This document shows, one piece after another, positions 55,062 to 64,000 of a stretch of DNA of 64,000 nucleotides (position 1 is the first letter of the stretch; the number at the start of each line of letters is the position of its first letter). The DNA lies in NCBI GenBank assembly GCA_965238175.1, contig CBDEGZ010000003.1:704001-768000 (forward strand), given 5' to 3'. The notes under the pieces were generated by a model that worked only from the letters and a program-made list of their open reading frames with translations, was not told where the DNA came from and did no database searches. This DNA comes from Gammaproteobacteria bacterium. GTDB taxonomy: Bacteria; Pseudomonadota; Gammaproteobacteria; CAJXQU01. The position numbers and the translations under genes were made by a program.

Positions 55062-56831
55062 ATGTTATTTGATGCATGGCTCACACTGGCCGTAATAGGA
55101 TTTTGTTTTAGTAGTCTCGTTTTTACACGATACTCTCCTGACATCATCATGATGGGTGCTGTGACAATTCTTTTTCTCGGTGGTGTTCTCACTACAGAAG
55201 AAGCCCTGAGAGGTTTTGCAAACGAGGGCATGATCACCGTCGCTGTTCTCTATGTGATCGCCAGTGGATTACAAGAAACCGGTACCATCAAATGGCTTTG
55301 CAGTACACTTTTGGGCCGTCCTCAAACAGTTCCAAAGGCACAGTTTAGATTGATGACACCTGTCGCGATCCTGAGTGCATTTTTAAACAACACACCTGTT
55401 GTCGCTATGTTTATTCCTATGATAACGACCTGGGCCCGAAATAATAATATCCATGTTTCACAGTTAATGATCCCTTTAAGTTATGCGGCCATTATCGGTG
55501 GCGCATCAACTTTGATTGGCTCTAGCACCAATTTGATCATTAATAGTATGCTGATAAAACATAATCCTGAACTTGGTCTTTCCATGTTTGATCTGGCCTG
55601 GGTTGGCGTGCCCTGCGTAATTACGATTATTGGTTTTATCGTATTATTTGGACATAAGCTTTTACCAAAACATGGTTCAGCGGGGCAAGATCTAAAAGAT
55701 GTTCGACAATATACGGTAGAAATGCGCGTCGCACCGGATTCAGCTATTGATGGCAAAACAATAGATCAGGCGGGACTACGAAATCTACCTGGTCTATTTT
55801 TGATCAGCATTGAACGAAATGGGGAATCCATACCCAGCGTTGGACCACATCGAACCTTAAAAGGAAATGATCGGCTACTATTTGTTGGTGATGTCGAATC
55901 TGTGGTTGATCTGAAAAAATTTCGCGGACTGGATTTGATCGATAAGGAAGATCGTCGTTTCCTCAACCAGACCAATACGCGATCACTCGTTGAAGTCGTT
56001 GTTTCAGAGAACTGCCCGTTAATTGGTAGCACCATTCGCGATAGCCGTTTTAGAACGCATTACAATGCTGCGATTGTTGCGGTTGCAAGGAATGGTAGTC
56101 ATTTGAAACAAAAAATTGGTGATATTGTTTTGAAACCCGGCGATACACTATTGCTTGATGCTCGTGAGAACTTTCTCGAACAGCAACGATTTTCAAAAGA
56201 TTTTCTGCTCACAAGTCAGATCAAAGATTCCCGAGCGGTGAGACACAACTTGAGTATCGTTGCTCTGGTCATACTAGCAACCTTAGTGCTAACAGTGAGT
56301 ATGCAATGGCTGAGTATGCTGCAAGCATCAATGCTGGCTGCTGGCATGATGTTACTAACAAAATGTACTACAAGCATCGTTGCGCGGAAAAGCATTAACT
56401 ACCAAGTGTTAATTGTCATCGCGGCATCGATTGGTTTAGGTATTGCGGTTGAAAAAACTGGGCTAGCTGCATTGGCTGCTGAAAGACTGATCGGTTTGAG
56501 TGGAAACGAACCACTGGTTTCTCTGGCAATGCTTTACATTATCGCCGCGCTTTTCACTTCGATTCTGTCGAATACGGCGGCTGCAGTGGTTTTATTTCCC
56601 ATCACCATCGCAACAGCGGAATCACTCAATGTGAATCCGATGCCCTTTGTCATTACATTGATGATCGCAGCAACCGCTAGTTTCGCGACCCCGATTAGTT
56701 ATCAAACAAATCTGATGGTTTATGGTCCTGGCGGTTACCGCTTCACTGATTATCTGCGTGTTGGTTTACCGTTAACTGCTCTGGTATTTTTGATCACCTT
56801 AACCATCGTGCCAAACGTTTGGCCATTCTGA
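55062..56831 (+). CDS. SLC13 family permease with two TrkA-C domains
   Basis: SAFLNNTPVVA, IGSSTN, TPISYQTNLMVYGPGGY. Confidence 0.92.
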   Translation: MLFDAWLTLAVIGFCFSSLVFTRYSPDIIMMGAVTILFLGGVLTTEEALRGFANEGMITVAVLYVIASGLQETGTIKWLCSTLLGRPQTVPKAQFRLMTPVAILSAFLNNTPVVAMFIPMITTWARNNNIHVSQLMIPLSYAAIIGGASTLIGSSTNLIINSMLIKHNPELGLSMFDLAWVGVPCVITIIGFIVLFGHKLLPKHGSAGQDLKDVRQYTVEMRVAPDSAIDGKTIDQAGLRNLPGLFLISIERNGESIPSVGPHRTLKGNDRLLFVGDVESVVDLKKFRGLDLIDKEDRRFLNQTNTRSLVEVVVSENCPLIGSTIRDSRFRTHYNAAIVAVARNGSHLKQKIGDIVLKPGDTLLLDARENFLEQQRFSKDFLLTSQIKDSRAVRHNLSIVALVILATLVLTVSMQWLSMLQASMLAAGMMLLTKCTTSIVARKSINYQVLIVIAASIGLGIAVEKTGLAALAAERLIGLSGNEPLVSLAMLYIIAALFTSILSNTAAAVVLFPITIATAESLNVNPMPFVITLMIAATASFATPISYQTNLMVYGPGGYRFTDYLRVGLPLTALVFLITLTIVPNVWPF

Positions 56832-56865
56832 TCACACTATACGAGGACTATTGCTAAAAATCATC

Positions 56866-59034
56866 TTAAGCCAAATCATGATTCTTCAATGGCAAGCTAC
56901 GGATCCGTTTTCCCGTTAGCGTAAACAAAGCATTACAAACCGCTGGCGCAATGGGCGGTGTTCCAGGCTCACCAACGCCGCCTAATGTTTCACCACTATT
57001 GATAATCTCAACGTCAATTTTAGGCATTTTGTCCGATGGTAGTATCGGGTAAGAATCAAAATTGGTCTGTACGACTTTGCCTTGCTTCATAGTCACTTCT
57101 TCTCCGAGTGCCGCTGAAAGGCCATAGGCAATACCACTTTCCATCTGCATAGCTACAATTGCAGGGTTGACAGCAAAACCACAATCGACAGCACACCAGA
57201 CTTGATCAACTTTAAGCTCACCATCCTCAACAAACACTTCCGCAATTTGTCCTACGATCGTTCCAAATGAAAGATGTAAGGCGACCCCCATCGCATGTTG
57301 AGAGCCGTCTTTACCTTTCCAAGGAGCGGCTTTCCAACCAGCCATGTTTACCACGGTATCAAGCACTCTTTTAAAGCGCGGCTCAGTGTTTAACAGGCTA
57401 CGACGAAACTCAACAGGATCAGTTTCTACCGAATGAGCCATCTCATCGATAAAGGACTCTTTGAAGAAACCATTTTGTGAATTTGCCACAGATCGCCAGA
57501 ATCCGATCGGAACGGGTTTCACCGGTACGTTAATCAAATCCATCCGTTTATTCGGGATGCCATAAGGTTGCTCATAGGCACCTTCTATAATAGATGTGTC
57601 AATCTTCGGATCAGCTAGCATTCCAGGCAATATACGTCCCATTGGCCCTTCGCCCGCTGTTGTAATATGGATTGCGGTTGGCTTACCATTTTGATCAAAA
57701 CCCGCGCGGTATTTTGCTGCCGTCATAGGTCGGTAATGATCATGTTGAGTGTCCTCTTCGCGTGTCCAAATGACCTTGATTGGCTTGCCTTTATGCTTGT
57801 TTGCGAGGGTAACGGATTGAGCAATATAGTCGGCCATAAAACGTCGCCCAAATCCTCCACCAAGAAACGGTGTGAATACTTCGATCGATTCAATCGGCAA
57901 ACCAGTGATTTGTGACGCTACTTGTGCCACGGCATCTACTCCTTGATTAGGTGCCCAAACGCTACAATGATCATCTACAACCAGCGCCGTACAATTCATT
58001 GGTTCTAGTGTCTGATGCGCAAGGAAAGGCACATGATATTCCGCTTCAATTGTCTTAGCTGCGTCTTTTAGTGCTTGAGCAGCATCACCTTCATTTTCGG
58101 CTTGAACCCCATCATCATTGAGATGAGATTGAAGCTTTTTCAGATGACCTTCTGATGAAAAATCAGAATTGTCGCCGTTATCAAATTCTATTGGGAGTTT
58201 TTCCAGAGCAGATTTCGCATGCCAGAAATAATCCGCGATCACCGCCACACCGTTTTCGATCTCTTCCACGGCATGGACTCCGGGCATATTCATCACAGCT
58301 GACTTGTCATAGGACTTAACTGAGCCACCAAACACCGGAGATTGTTTGACCACGGCGATCAACATTCCAGCAACTTTGATATCAATACCAAATTCCGCAT
58401 TACCTGTCGCTTTAGCCGCACTGTCGGTTCTTTTAACTGGTTTGCCCAATAATCTAAATTCCGCAGGATCTTTTAAGCTAACATTTTCGGGCATTGGTAA
58501 TTTAGCCGCTAATGGTGCGAGTTCTCCATATGCTAATTTTTGGCCAGATTTTTTATGAATAACAAAGCCAGGCTGTGTTGAGCATTCCGATGCAGGCAGG
58601 CCCCATTTGTTAGCGGCCGCCTCGATCAACATCGCTCTTGCTGTAGCCCCAGCTTTACGCATCGTGTTATAAGAAGATCGAACACTCAAACTACCTCCAG
58701 TAAAACGCATTGTATTGTTGAACATGACTTTGTATTCAGGCCCATGCGGGGCTTGAACCACAGAAAGCACATCCATTTCGATATCAAGTTCTTCTGCAAC
58801 AATAGCTGGAATTGATGTGTAAGTACCTTGTCCCATTTCAACAAACGGGTTTTGGAAAAGCACCTGGCCATCTTCCTGGATCCCAATAAAAGCATTAATA
58901 ACCGATTCTTGATCGCAATCCTCGACAGCACGGGCAAATTTTCCATAGGGTAGTGCTAGTCCAAGCACAAAAGCGCTAGACATTGCTCCCAGAAATTGTC
59001 GGCGAGACAAGGAAACATTTATGATCTTGCTCAT
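56866..59034 (-). CDS. Xanthine dehydrogenase family molybdopterin subunit (IorB-like), Tat-exported
   Basis: SRRQFL, EMGQG, LGGGFGRR, GGVGEPGTPP. Confidence 0.93.
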   Translation of the reverse strand: MSKIINVSLSRRQFLGAMSSAFVLGLALPYGKFARAVEDCDQESVINAFIGIQEDGQVLFQNPFVEMGQGTYTSIPAIVAEELDIEMDVLSVVQAPHGPEYKVMFNNTMRFTGGSLSVRSSYNTMRKAGATARAMLIEAAANKWGLPASECSTQPGFVIHKKSGQKLAYGELAPLAAKLPMPENVSLKDPAEFRLLGKPVKRTDSAAKATGNAEFGIDIKVAGMLIAVVKQSPVFGGSVKSYDKSAVMNMPGVHAVEEIENGVAVIADYFWHAKSALEKLPIEFDNGDNSDFSSEGHLKKLQSHLNDDGVQAENEGDAAQALKDAAKTIEAEYHVPFLAHQTLEPMNCTALVVDDHCSVWAPNQGVDAVAQVASQITGLPIESIEVFTPFLGGGFGRRFMADYIAQSVTLANKHKGKPIKVIWTREEDTQHDHYRPMTAAKYRAGFDQNGKPTAIHITTAGEGPMGRILPGMLADPKIDTSIIEGAYEQPYGIPNKRMDLINVPVKPVPIGFWRSVANSQNGFFKESFIDEMAHSVETDPVEFRRSLLNTEPRFKRVLDTVVNMAGWKAAPWKGKDGSQHAMGVALHLSFGTIVGQIAEVFVEDGELKVDQVWCAVDCGFAVNPAIVAMQMESGIAYGLSAALGEEVTMKQGKVVQTNFDSYPILPSDKMPKIDVEIINSGETLGGVGEPGTPPIAPAVCNALFTLTGKRIRSLPLKNHDLA

Positions 59035-59495
59035 ACTACACCTCCTTGCAATTCAACCGCTTTTTTAACCGCTGCAAAAATCTGCAAGTAAGTTCCGCAA
59101 CGACAATAATTGATCATACCTTCTTTGATTTCATCCTCTGTTGGGTTAGGGTTTTCCTTCAATAAAGCAACTGCCGACATGATCTGACCGGACTGGCAAT
59201 AACCACATTGTGGAACATCCGATTCAATCCAGGCTTGTTGCACGGGATGTAATTCACCCTCTTTAGCTAGCCCTTCAATGGTTGTGATTTTCTTACCTTT
59301 GACAGCACTAATAGGCATTACACAAGAACGCACAACTTGCCCATCAAGGTGGACTGTACAAGCGCCACATAAACCTTTTCCACAACCGAACTTAGTACCT
59401 GTATAGCCGATAACGTCACGGATTGCCCAAAGTAATGGCATGGAACCTTCTACATCTATTTCATGTTTTTCATCATTGATGATTAAGCTGGTCAT
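59031..59495 (-). CDS. (2Fe-2S)-binding subunit (IorA-like)
   Basis: GTKFGCGKGLCGACT, QCGYCQSG, CRCGTY. Confidence 0.95.
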   Translation of the reverse strand: MTSLIINDEKHEIDVEGSMPLLWAIRDVIGYTGTKFGCGKGLCGACTVHLDGQVVRSCVMPISAVKGKKITTIEGLAKEGELHPVQQAWIESDVPQCGYCQSGQIMSAVALLKENPNPTEDEIKEGMINYCRCGTYLQIFAAVKKAVELQGGVV

Positions 59496-59517
59496 AACCT
59501 TGCCCTCAAATGTTGTA

Positions 59518-60132
59518 CTAATTTGTTATATCTTCTAAATCTTTTTGCGTATCTATATCTATCATTGCCTCGGGAACAGAGACGGTCAATAATTTTGACT
59601 GATGTTTTTTTAGTAAATTCCTCGCACCGATATCACCCTGTAAATTAGCCAGTTCCGCATAATTTGATGTAGGGAAAATTGCTGGAACGCCACATGTATT
59701 GCCATGCTCATTTTCATACTCGCTTGCAATTATGTTGTCTGGATTTTGTTGGTAAAGAGTCATTAATTTCTTGATCGAAGTTGCTTTAAGCAAAGGCTGA
59801 TCTCCTAAAAAAATCATTACTCCTTTTGCACTTTTGGGTAGGTTTAAAACACCCATTTTAATAGATGATGACATACCCTTTTGCCAGTCATTATTTATTA
59901 AAACATTTACCGATTGTAGCTTAGCAGTCTTTTTGATCATTTCTGCATTTGCACCCAAAACCATAATCACTTTTTTATCGAAAATTGAATTTGCCAGATT
60001 AATTGTATAGTTGATTAAATAATCGTTTTGCCAGATCGCAAGCTGCTTAGCAGAACCAAAGCGCGAAGATTCACCTGCCGCAAGAATGATCGCATATAGT
60101 TCATTAGACATATTTTCTGGAGAATTATTCAT
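59518..60132 (-). CDS. mocA: Molybdenum cofactor cytidylyltransferase-like protein
   Basis: ILAAGESSRFG, LGDQP, GDIGAR, DIDT. Confidence 0.8.
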   Translation of the reverse strand: MNNSPENMSNELYAIILAAGESSRFGSAKQLAIWQNDYLINYTINLANSIFDKKVIMVLGANAEMIKKTAKLQSVNVLINNDWQKGMSSSIKMGVLNLPKSAKGVMIFLGDQPLLKATSIKKLMTLYQQNPDNIIASEYENEHGNTCGVPAIFPTSNYAELANLQGDIGARNLLKKHQSKLLTVSVPEAMIDIDTQKDLEDITN

Positions 60133-60155
60133 CTATCAAACAATATCGAATATCT

Positions 60156-61247
60156 TCATGAGTAGATTGGTTTATCTTTATCTGACAACCGACCTCCACC
60201 ATGATTTCTAGAGACGGCTTGAATTTCTGCAATCACCGATAGTGCAATCTCCTCAGGTGTTTGGGCGGCTATATCTAAACCAGTAGGCCCAAATACCTGG
60301 CTTTGGATTTTTTGTGATTTTTCACCCAAACTTTCAAGCAAACGATCGCGTCGTTTTGCCGGCCCCAATAAACCAATATATGGAATATTACTGTCCGCAA
60401 GTTCTTTAAAAAAACGTTCGTCATAGTCCATATTATGAGTCATTAAAATCATCGCATCGAACTGATCTAATGGTAATTCTTGATTCAGATCAGCAGGAAT
60501 AATATGTAACAAAACATCAACATCGGGAAATCGCGATGCATTTACAAAACCAGAACGATGATCAACAACTGTAGTATGCCAGTCTAATAATTTCGCAAAC
60601 CGTGTCATCGACACAGTATCCGGCCCAGCACCTATGATCAATAATTTAAATGGTGGTTTTAGTAAATCGTAAAAAACATGCACTTTTTTATTATCAATAT
60701 AGTGTTTAATCAAAATAGGGGTTTTCTGATCGATTATTTGTTGTGCTTTTTTAATGAATTGATCATGATAAGTTATGGTTGTATCAAGCATATTGTTGTG
60801 CTTTAAAAAAGAACTATAGCCTGGTAGATAATCTATATGATCTGACTCACAAATTGTGAATAACACACCTGATCCATTTTCTTCGACTTCACCCTCAAGT
60901 AGATCAAAAGGTGAATGCTTATTCTCTGCTTTTAAGGGTTGTAATAAAACACGCACTGCGCCATTGCACCCTAAACCCAAACCCCAGATCGCATCTTCAG
61001 GTGAGCGCATATCATAGAAAACGACATTGGGTTTTCCACTGTTTAAAACCGCTTCTGCATGTTCATGTAGATCCAATTCAAAACATCCACCGCCGAGTAG
61101 TCCAATAAACTCACCGTTTTCTAAAATCAACATTCGTGCACCGGCTTTTTGATATGTTGAACCCATAGTTTCAATTATCGTTGCGAGCACGTAGTTCCCT
61201 GGGGTTTCTTTAATATGATGATAAATATTAGATAACTTATTCGACAT
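60156..61247 (-). CDS. xdhC: XdhC/CoxI Moco chaperone
   Basis: GGGCFE, GLGCNG, YIGLLGP, GLDIAAQTPEEIALS. Confidence 0.9.
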   Translation of the reverse strand: MSNKLSNIYHHIKETPGNYVLATIIETMGSTYQKAGARMLILENGEFIGLLGGGCFELDLHEHAEAVLNSGKPNVVFYDMRSPEDAIWGLGLGCNGAVRVLLQPLKAENKHSPFDLLEGEVEENGSGVLFTICESDHIDYLPGYSSFLKHNNMLDTTITYHDQFIKKAQQIIDQKTPILIKHYIDNKKVHVFYDLLKPPFKLLIIGAGPDTVSMTRFAKLLDWHTTVVDHRSGFVNASRFPDVDVLLHIIPADLNQELPLDQFDAMILMTHNMDYDERFFKELADSNIPYIGLLGPAKRRDRLLESLGEKSQKIQSQVFGPTGLDIAAQTPEEIALSVIAEIQAVSRNHGGGRLSDKDKPIYS

Positions 61248-61546
61248 TCATCAACCTACCTTAACACTTGAACTACTGTGACGACCGACACAACTGAAAC
61301 CAATACAGATCAACTCATTGAGAATCTCGTGAACGATTATAAAAGTAGTCTAATTCAATATGACAGCACTATAAGAATATTAGACTTCCCTGTAAACCAG
61401 GTGGCACGGGTATACTAAGTCACTTGAGTTTTGAGGTGGATAAAGATGGAACATGAATTGAAACCTGATGTGCATGTAAAACCTTGTCCGCCGAGAGAAG
61501 TGCTCACTCTTTTATTAATCGGTAGACGGTTTAAAGTACGTCCCTG

Positions 61547-63316
61547 TTAATGGCGCATTTTAGGGTGAAATACACCTTGCTGATTCAAAATTTCTAATAG
61601 TTCATTAGCTTGAAGACTGTCACATGCATTAAGAATTTTTAATGCTTCTGATTCCAATTCATGTATTTCGCTTTGATTAATGATCCTTTTTATTTCGAGT
61701 AAAGAGGTTGGATGAACACTGAATTCTCGTAAGCCCAGCCCGAGTAGTAATTTAACAAATCGGGGTTCACCAGCCATCTCTCCACACATCGCAACAGGAA
61801 TGTTGTGTTGTTTCCCTGCCTGTATGGTCATATGGATCAATTTTAGAACGGCAGGGTTGAGAGGATCATAAAGATAATTAACTTCATCATTGACACGATC
61901 AATTGCCATCGCGTATTGGATCAAATCGTTAGTACCAATCGACAAGAAGTCTAAATATTGAGCAAAATTCTCAGCACAGATTGCAGCAGCAGGCACTTCA
62001 ATCATACCGCCGATTTTCAGTTCCGAATTAAATGGAATAGCGTTACTTAAAAATTCTTTTTTAATTTCATTGATAATCGATAATACTTCACGAATTTCCT
62101 GTATATTCGACAACATGGGAATCATTACGCGGATAGGATAATCTGCAGATACACGCAAGATTGCACGTATTTGTGGCTCAAACAGCATGGGTTCTTTTAA
62201 ACTGAGTCGAATTGCTCTTAAACCCAAGGCAGGATTAACCGACAAAGGTATTGTTCCTACTTCTGGAAGCATTGTTTTATCTGTACCGATATCCATTGTT
62301 CGCAGGGTTAGTGGTACATTACCAACGGACTCCATAACCTTTGTATAAGTCTCGTAATGTTCTTCTTCAGTCGGCGGTGTTTTCCGATTCATATAAAGAT
62401 GTTCTGTTCGATAGAGTCCAACCGCTTTCGCACCTACTTTTTCGACGGTTTGAAAGTCTTTTTCCAACTCGATATTTGCTTGTAGATTTATTTTGATTCC
62501 GTCTTGTGTAAGCGCCTCGGCTTCTTTGAGATCGATCAGTTCTTCTTGGTAATGAATTTCTTCTATAAGCTGCTGGAGATAGTCCGTCGTGATCGCATCA
62601 TCGGGATTGACTAGAACAACGCCTTCATTGGCATCAACAATCAACATGTCACCTTCAGTAATATAGCGTAGTCCACGTCGCAAACCGACGATGCTTGGAA
62701 TACCTAAACTACGAGCTAAAATGGCCGTATGTGATGTTGGCCCTCCATGTTCAATTACAAAAGCAGCGATCTTTTTATATTGCATCAACACCGTATCTGC
62801 AGGGCTCAAATCATCTGCCAATACGATATAGCCATCCATTTGACTATCAGGTTCTTCATGTACCTTCGCATCCTGATCGGTCAAAATCCATTGAACCCTG
62901 TTAACCACATGTTCAATATCATCTTTTCGGGTACGCAAATAGTCGTCTGCCATTTCATCGAATACAGCTATTAAAGCATCACGTTGTAATTTTAGAGCCC
63001 ATTCCGCATTACATTTTCGCTTGCGAATGATTTTGATCGGTTCTTTTTTCAGTGCTGGATCTTTTAACATCAACAAATGTGTATCGATAAAAGAAGCAAT
63101 ATTTTTGGGTGTATCTGACGGAATATGTTGGCTAATTGAACGAAGTTGTTTTCGTGCCTGTGTAAGGGCACTTTTAAAACGCTCTATCTCTTTTTCTAGA
63201 TTCTTCTCATTGATATGATATTCAGTAATTTCCTGCTGGTTACGTTCGATAATGTGAACTTTACCAATCGTAATACCACGCGAAACTCCAACACCTTGTA
63301 ATGAAAAGGTCGTCAC
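61547..63316 (-). CDS. ptsI: PTS enzyme I
   Basis: GGPTSHTAILAR, GLYRTE, SIGTNDL, MCGEMAG. Confidence 0.93.
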   Translation of the reverse strand: MTTFSLQGVGVSRGITIGKVHIIERNQQEITEYHINEKNLEKEIERFKSALTQARKQLRSISQHIPSDTPKNIASFIDTHLLMLKDPALKKEPIKIIRKRKCNAEWALKLQRDALIAVFDEMADDYLRTRKDDIEHVVNRVQWILTDQDAKVHEEPDSQMDGYIVLADDLSPADTVLMQYKKIAAFVIEHGGPTSHTAILARSLGIPSIVGLRRGLRYITEGDMLIVDANEGVVLVNPDDAITTDYLQQLIEEIHYQEELIDLKEAEALTQDGIKINLQANIELEKDFQTVEKVGAKAVGLYRTEHLYMNRKTPPTEEEHYETYTKVMESVGNVPLTLRTMDIGTDKTMLPEVGTIPLSVNPALGLRAIRLSLKEPMLFEPQIRAILRVSADYPIRVMIPMLSNIQEIREVLSIINEIKKEFLSNAIPFNSELKIGGMIEVPAAAICAENFAQYLDFLSIGTNDLIQYAMAIDRVNDEVNYLYDPLNPAVLKLIHMTIQAGKQHNIPVAMCGEMAGEPRFVKLLLGLGLREFSVHPTSLLEIKRIINQSEIHELESEALKILNACDSLQANELLEILNQQGVFHPKMRH

Positions 63317-63597
63317 TCTTCTTCCTCAAAGCGATCATTGAACAGCTCTTCAAGTTGTTCAATAGCCAACGGTTCATCGTGACCGTCAGCGCTCAAAGTG
63401 ATTATTGTGCCTTTACTGGCAGCCAACATCATGACGCCCATAATACTTTTGCCATTAACGGTTTTTTGATCACCATTTTCCATTACACGATGGATCATGA
63501 TTTCACAATCAAAACGGGATGCAAGTTTGACTAACTTCGCTGCAGCTCTAGCATGCAAACCTAGCTTGTTAATTATTTTGATCTGAGATTCGATCAT
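63313..63597 (-). CDS. ptsH: HPr family phosphocarrier
   Basis: NKLGLHARAA (His15) and KSIMGVMMLAA (Ser46). Confidence 0.9.
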   Translation of the reverse strand: MIESQIKIINKLGLHARAAAKLVKLASRFDCEIMIHRVMENGDQKTVNGKSIMGVMMLAASKGTIITLSADGHDEPLAIEQLEELFNDRFEEEE

Positions 63598-63989
63598 AAG
63601 CCGTTTTTTACTTCAATCACACCAGCACTTCCTCCATCTAGCGCTTTCTGTGCAAGCAGGTTTAAATCTCGATCAGAATAGTTAAAGACTTTGATAAGCA
63701 TCGGTAAGTTTAAACCGGCTATAATGCGTAAATCAGGAAATGTGAGTAGGCGAGTAGCCACATTATTTGGTGTTGCACCATAGAGATCGGTTAGGACTAG
63801 AATGCCTTGGCCTGCGTCTAAATTCTTTGCGGCATGAAGGGATTGATCATAAATATTTTCAGGATCGCAATTCCAATCAGCTTCAATAACTTCAACAGCA
63901 GAGGGTAATATATTTGTAGCAGTTTTAGCGGTATCAAGTAGAACGTTTCCGAGATTACGATGAGTAATTAACAATAACCCAACGCTCAT
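63594..63989 (-). CDS. PTS EIIA, mannose/fructose family
   Basis: LLITH, VLTDLYGATPNN, GLNLPML. Confidence 0.9.
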   Translation of the reverse strand: MSVGLLLITHRNLGNVLLDTAKTATNILPSAVEVIEADWNCDPENIYDQSLHAAKNLDAGQGILVLTDLYGATPNNVATRLLTFPDLRIIAGLNLPMLIKVFNYSDRDLNLLAQKALDGGSAGVIEVKNGL

Positions 63990-64000
63990 AAATGCATATC

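Noticed and set aside
61403-61418. Sigma54 promoter at TGGCACG
   Set aside because: No GC at the -12 position (GG-N10-GC spacing fails).
56866-63989. Molybdo-oxidoreductase cluster and permease-less PTS genes as novel systems
   Set aside because: Both are well-known, common arrangements.

Overview
AT-rich gammaproteobacterial chromosome segment. The core backbone carries tRNA-Lys, aspS, holA-lptE-leuS, yigZ, ompW, ppk2, tupA, qmcA/nfeD, acetolactate synthase, an IorAB-type molybdo-oxidoreductase cluster with mocA/xdhC, and ptsI-HPr-EIIA. There are two accessory regions. (1) About 1.4-10.4 kb, next to tRNA-Lys and a truncated serine recombinase, holds IS481 and purC debris, a degenerate integron cassette array (attC sites, no integrase) and a minus-strand operon that looks like an undescribed ribosome repair/rescue system: sigma70 promoter, 16-aa leader peptide with alternative hairpins and an anti-SD, atypical RbfA-like gene, rtcB, 31-aa uORF, GNAT-like EEIQSDW protein, and a small basic protein whose gene has an intrinsic terminator before its stop codon (ArfA/BrfA-like nonstop logic). 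In this sequence the operon is damaged by an A7 frameshift and an IS30 insertion at codons 2-3 of rtcB. (2) About 41.6-53.5 kb is a Gtr-like surface-glycosylation island between long direct repeats. The left repeat is interrupted by a MITE containing an IS481 and an IS1111-type IS110 element whose non-coding end shows readable target and donor guide segments (bridge/seek RNA). All calls come from reading the sequence and recognising motifs; no database searches were run.
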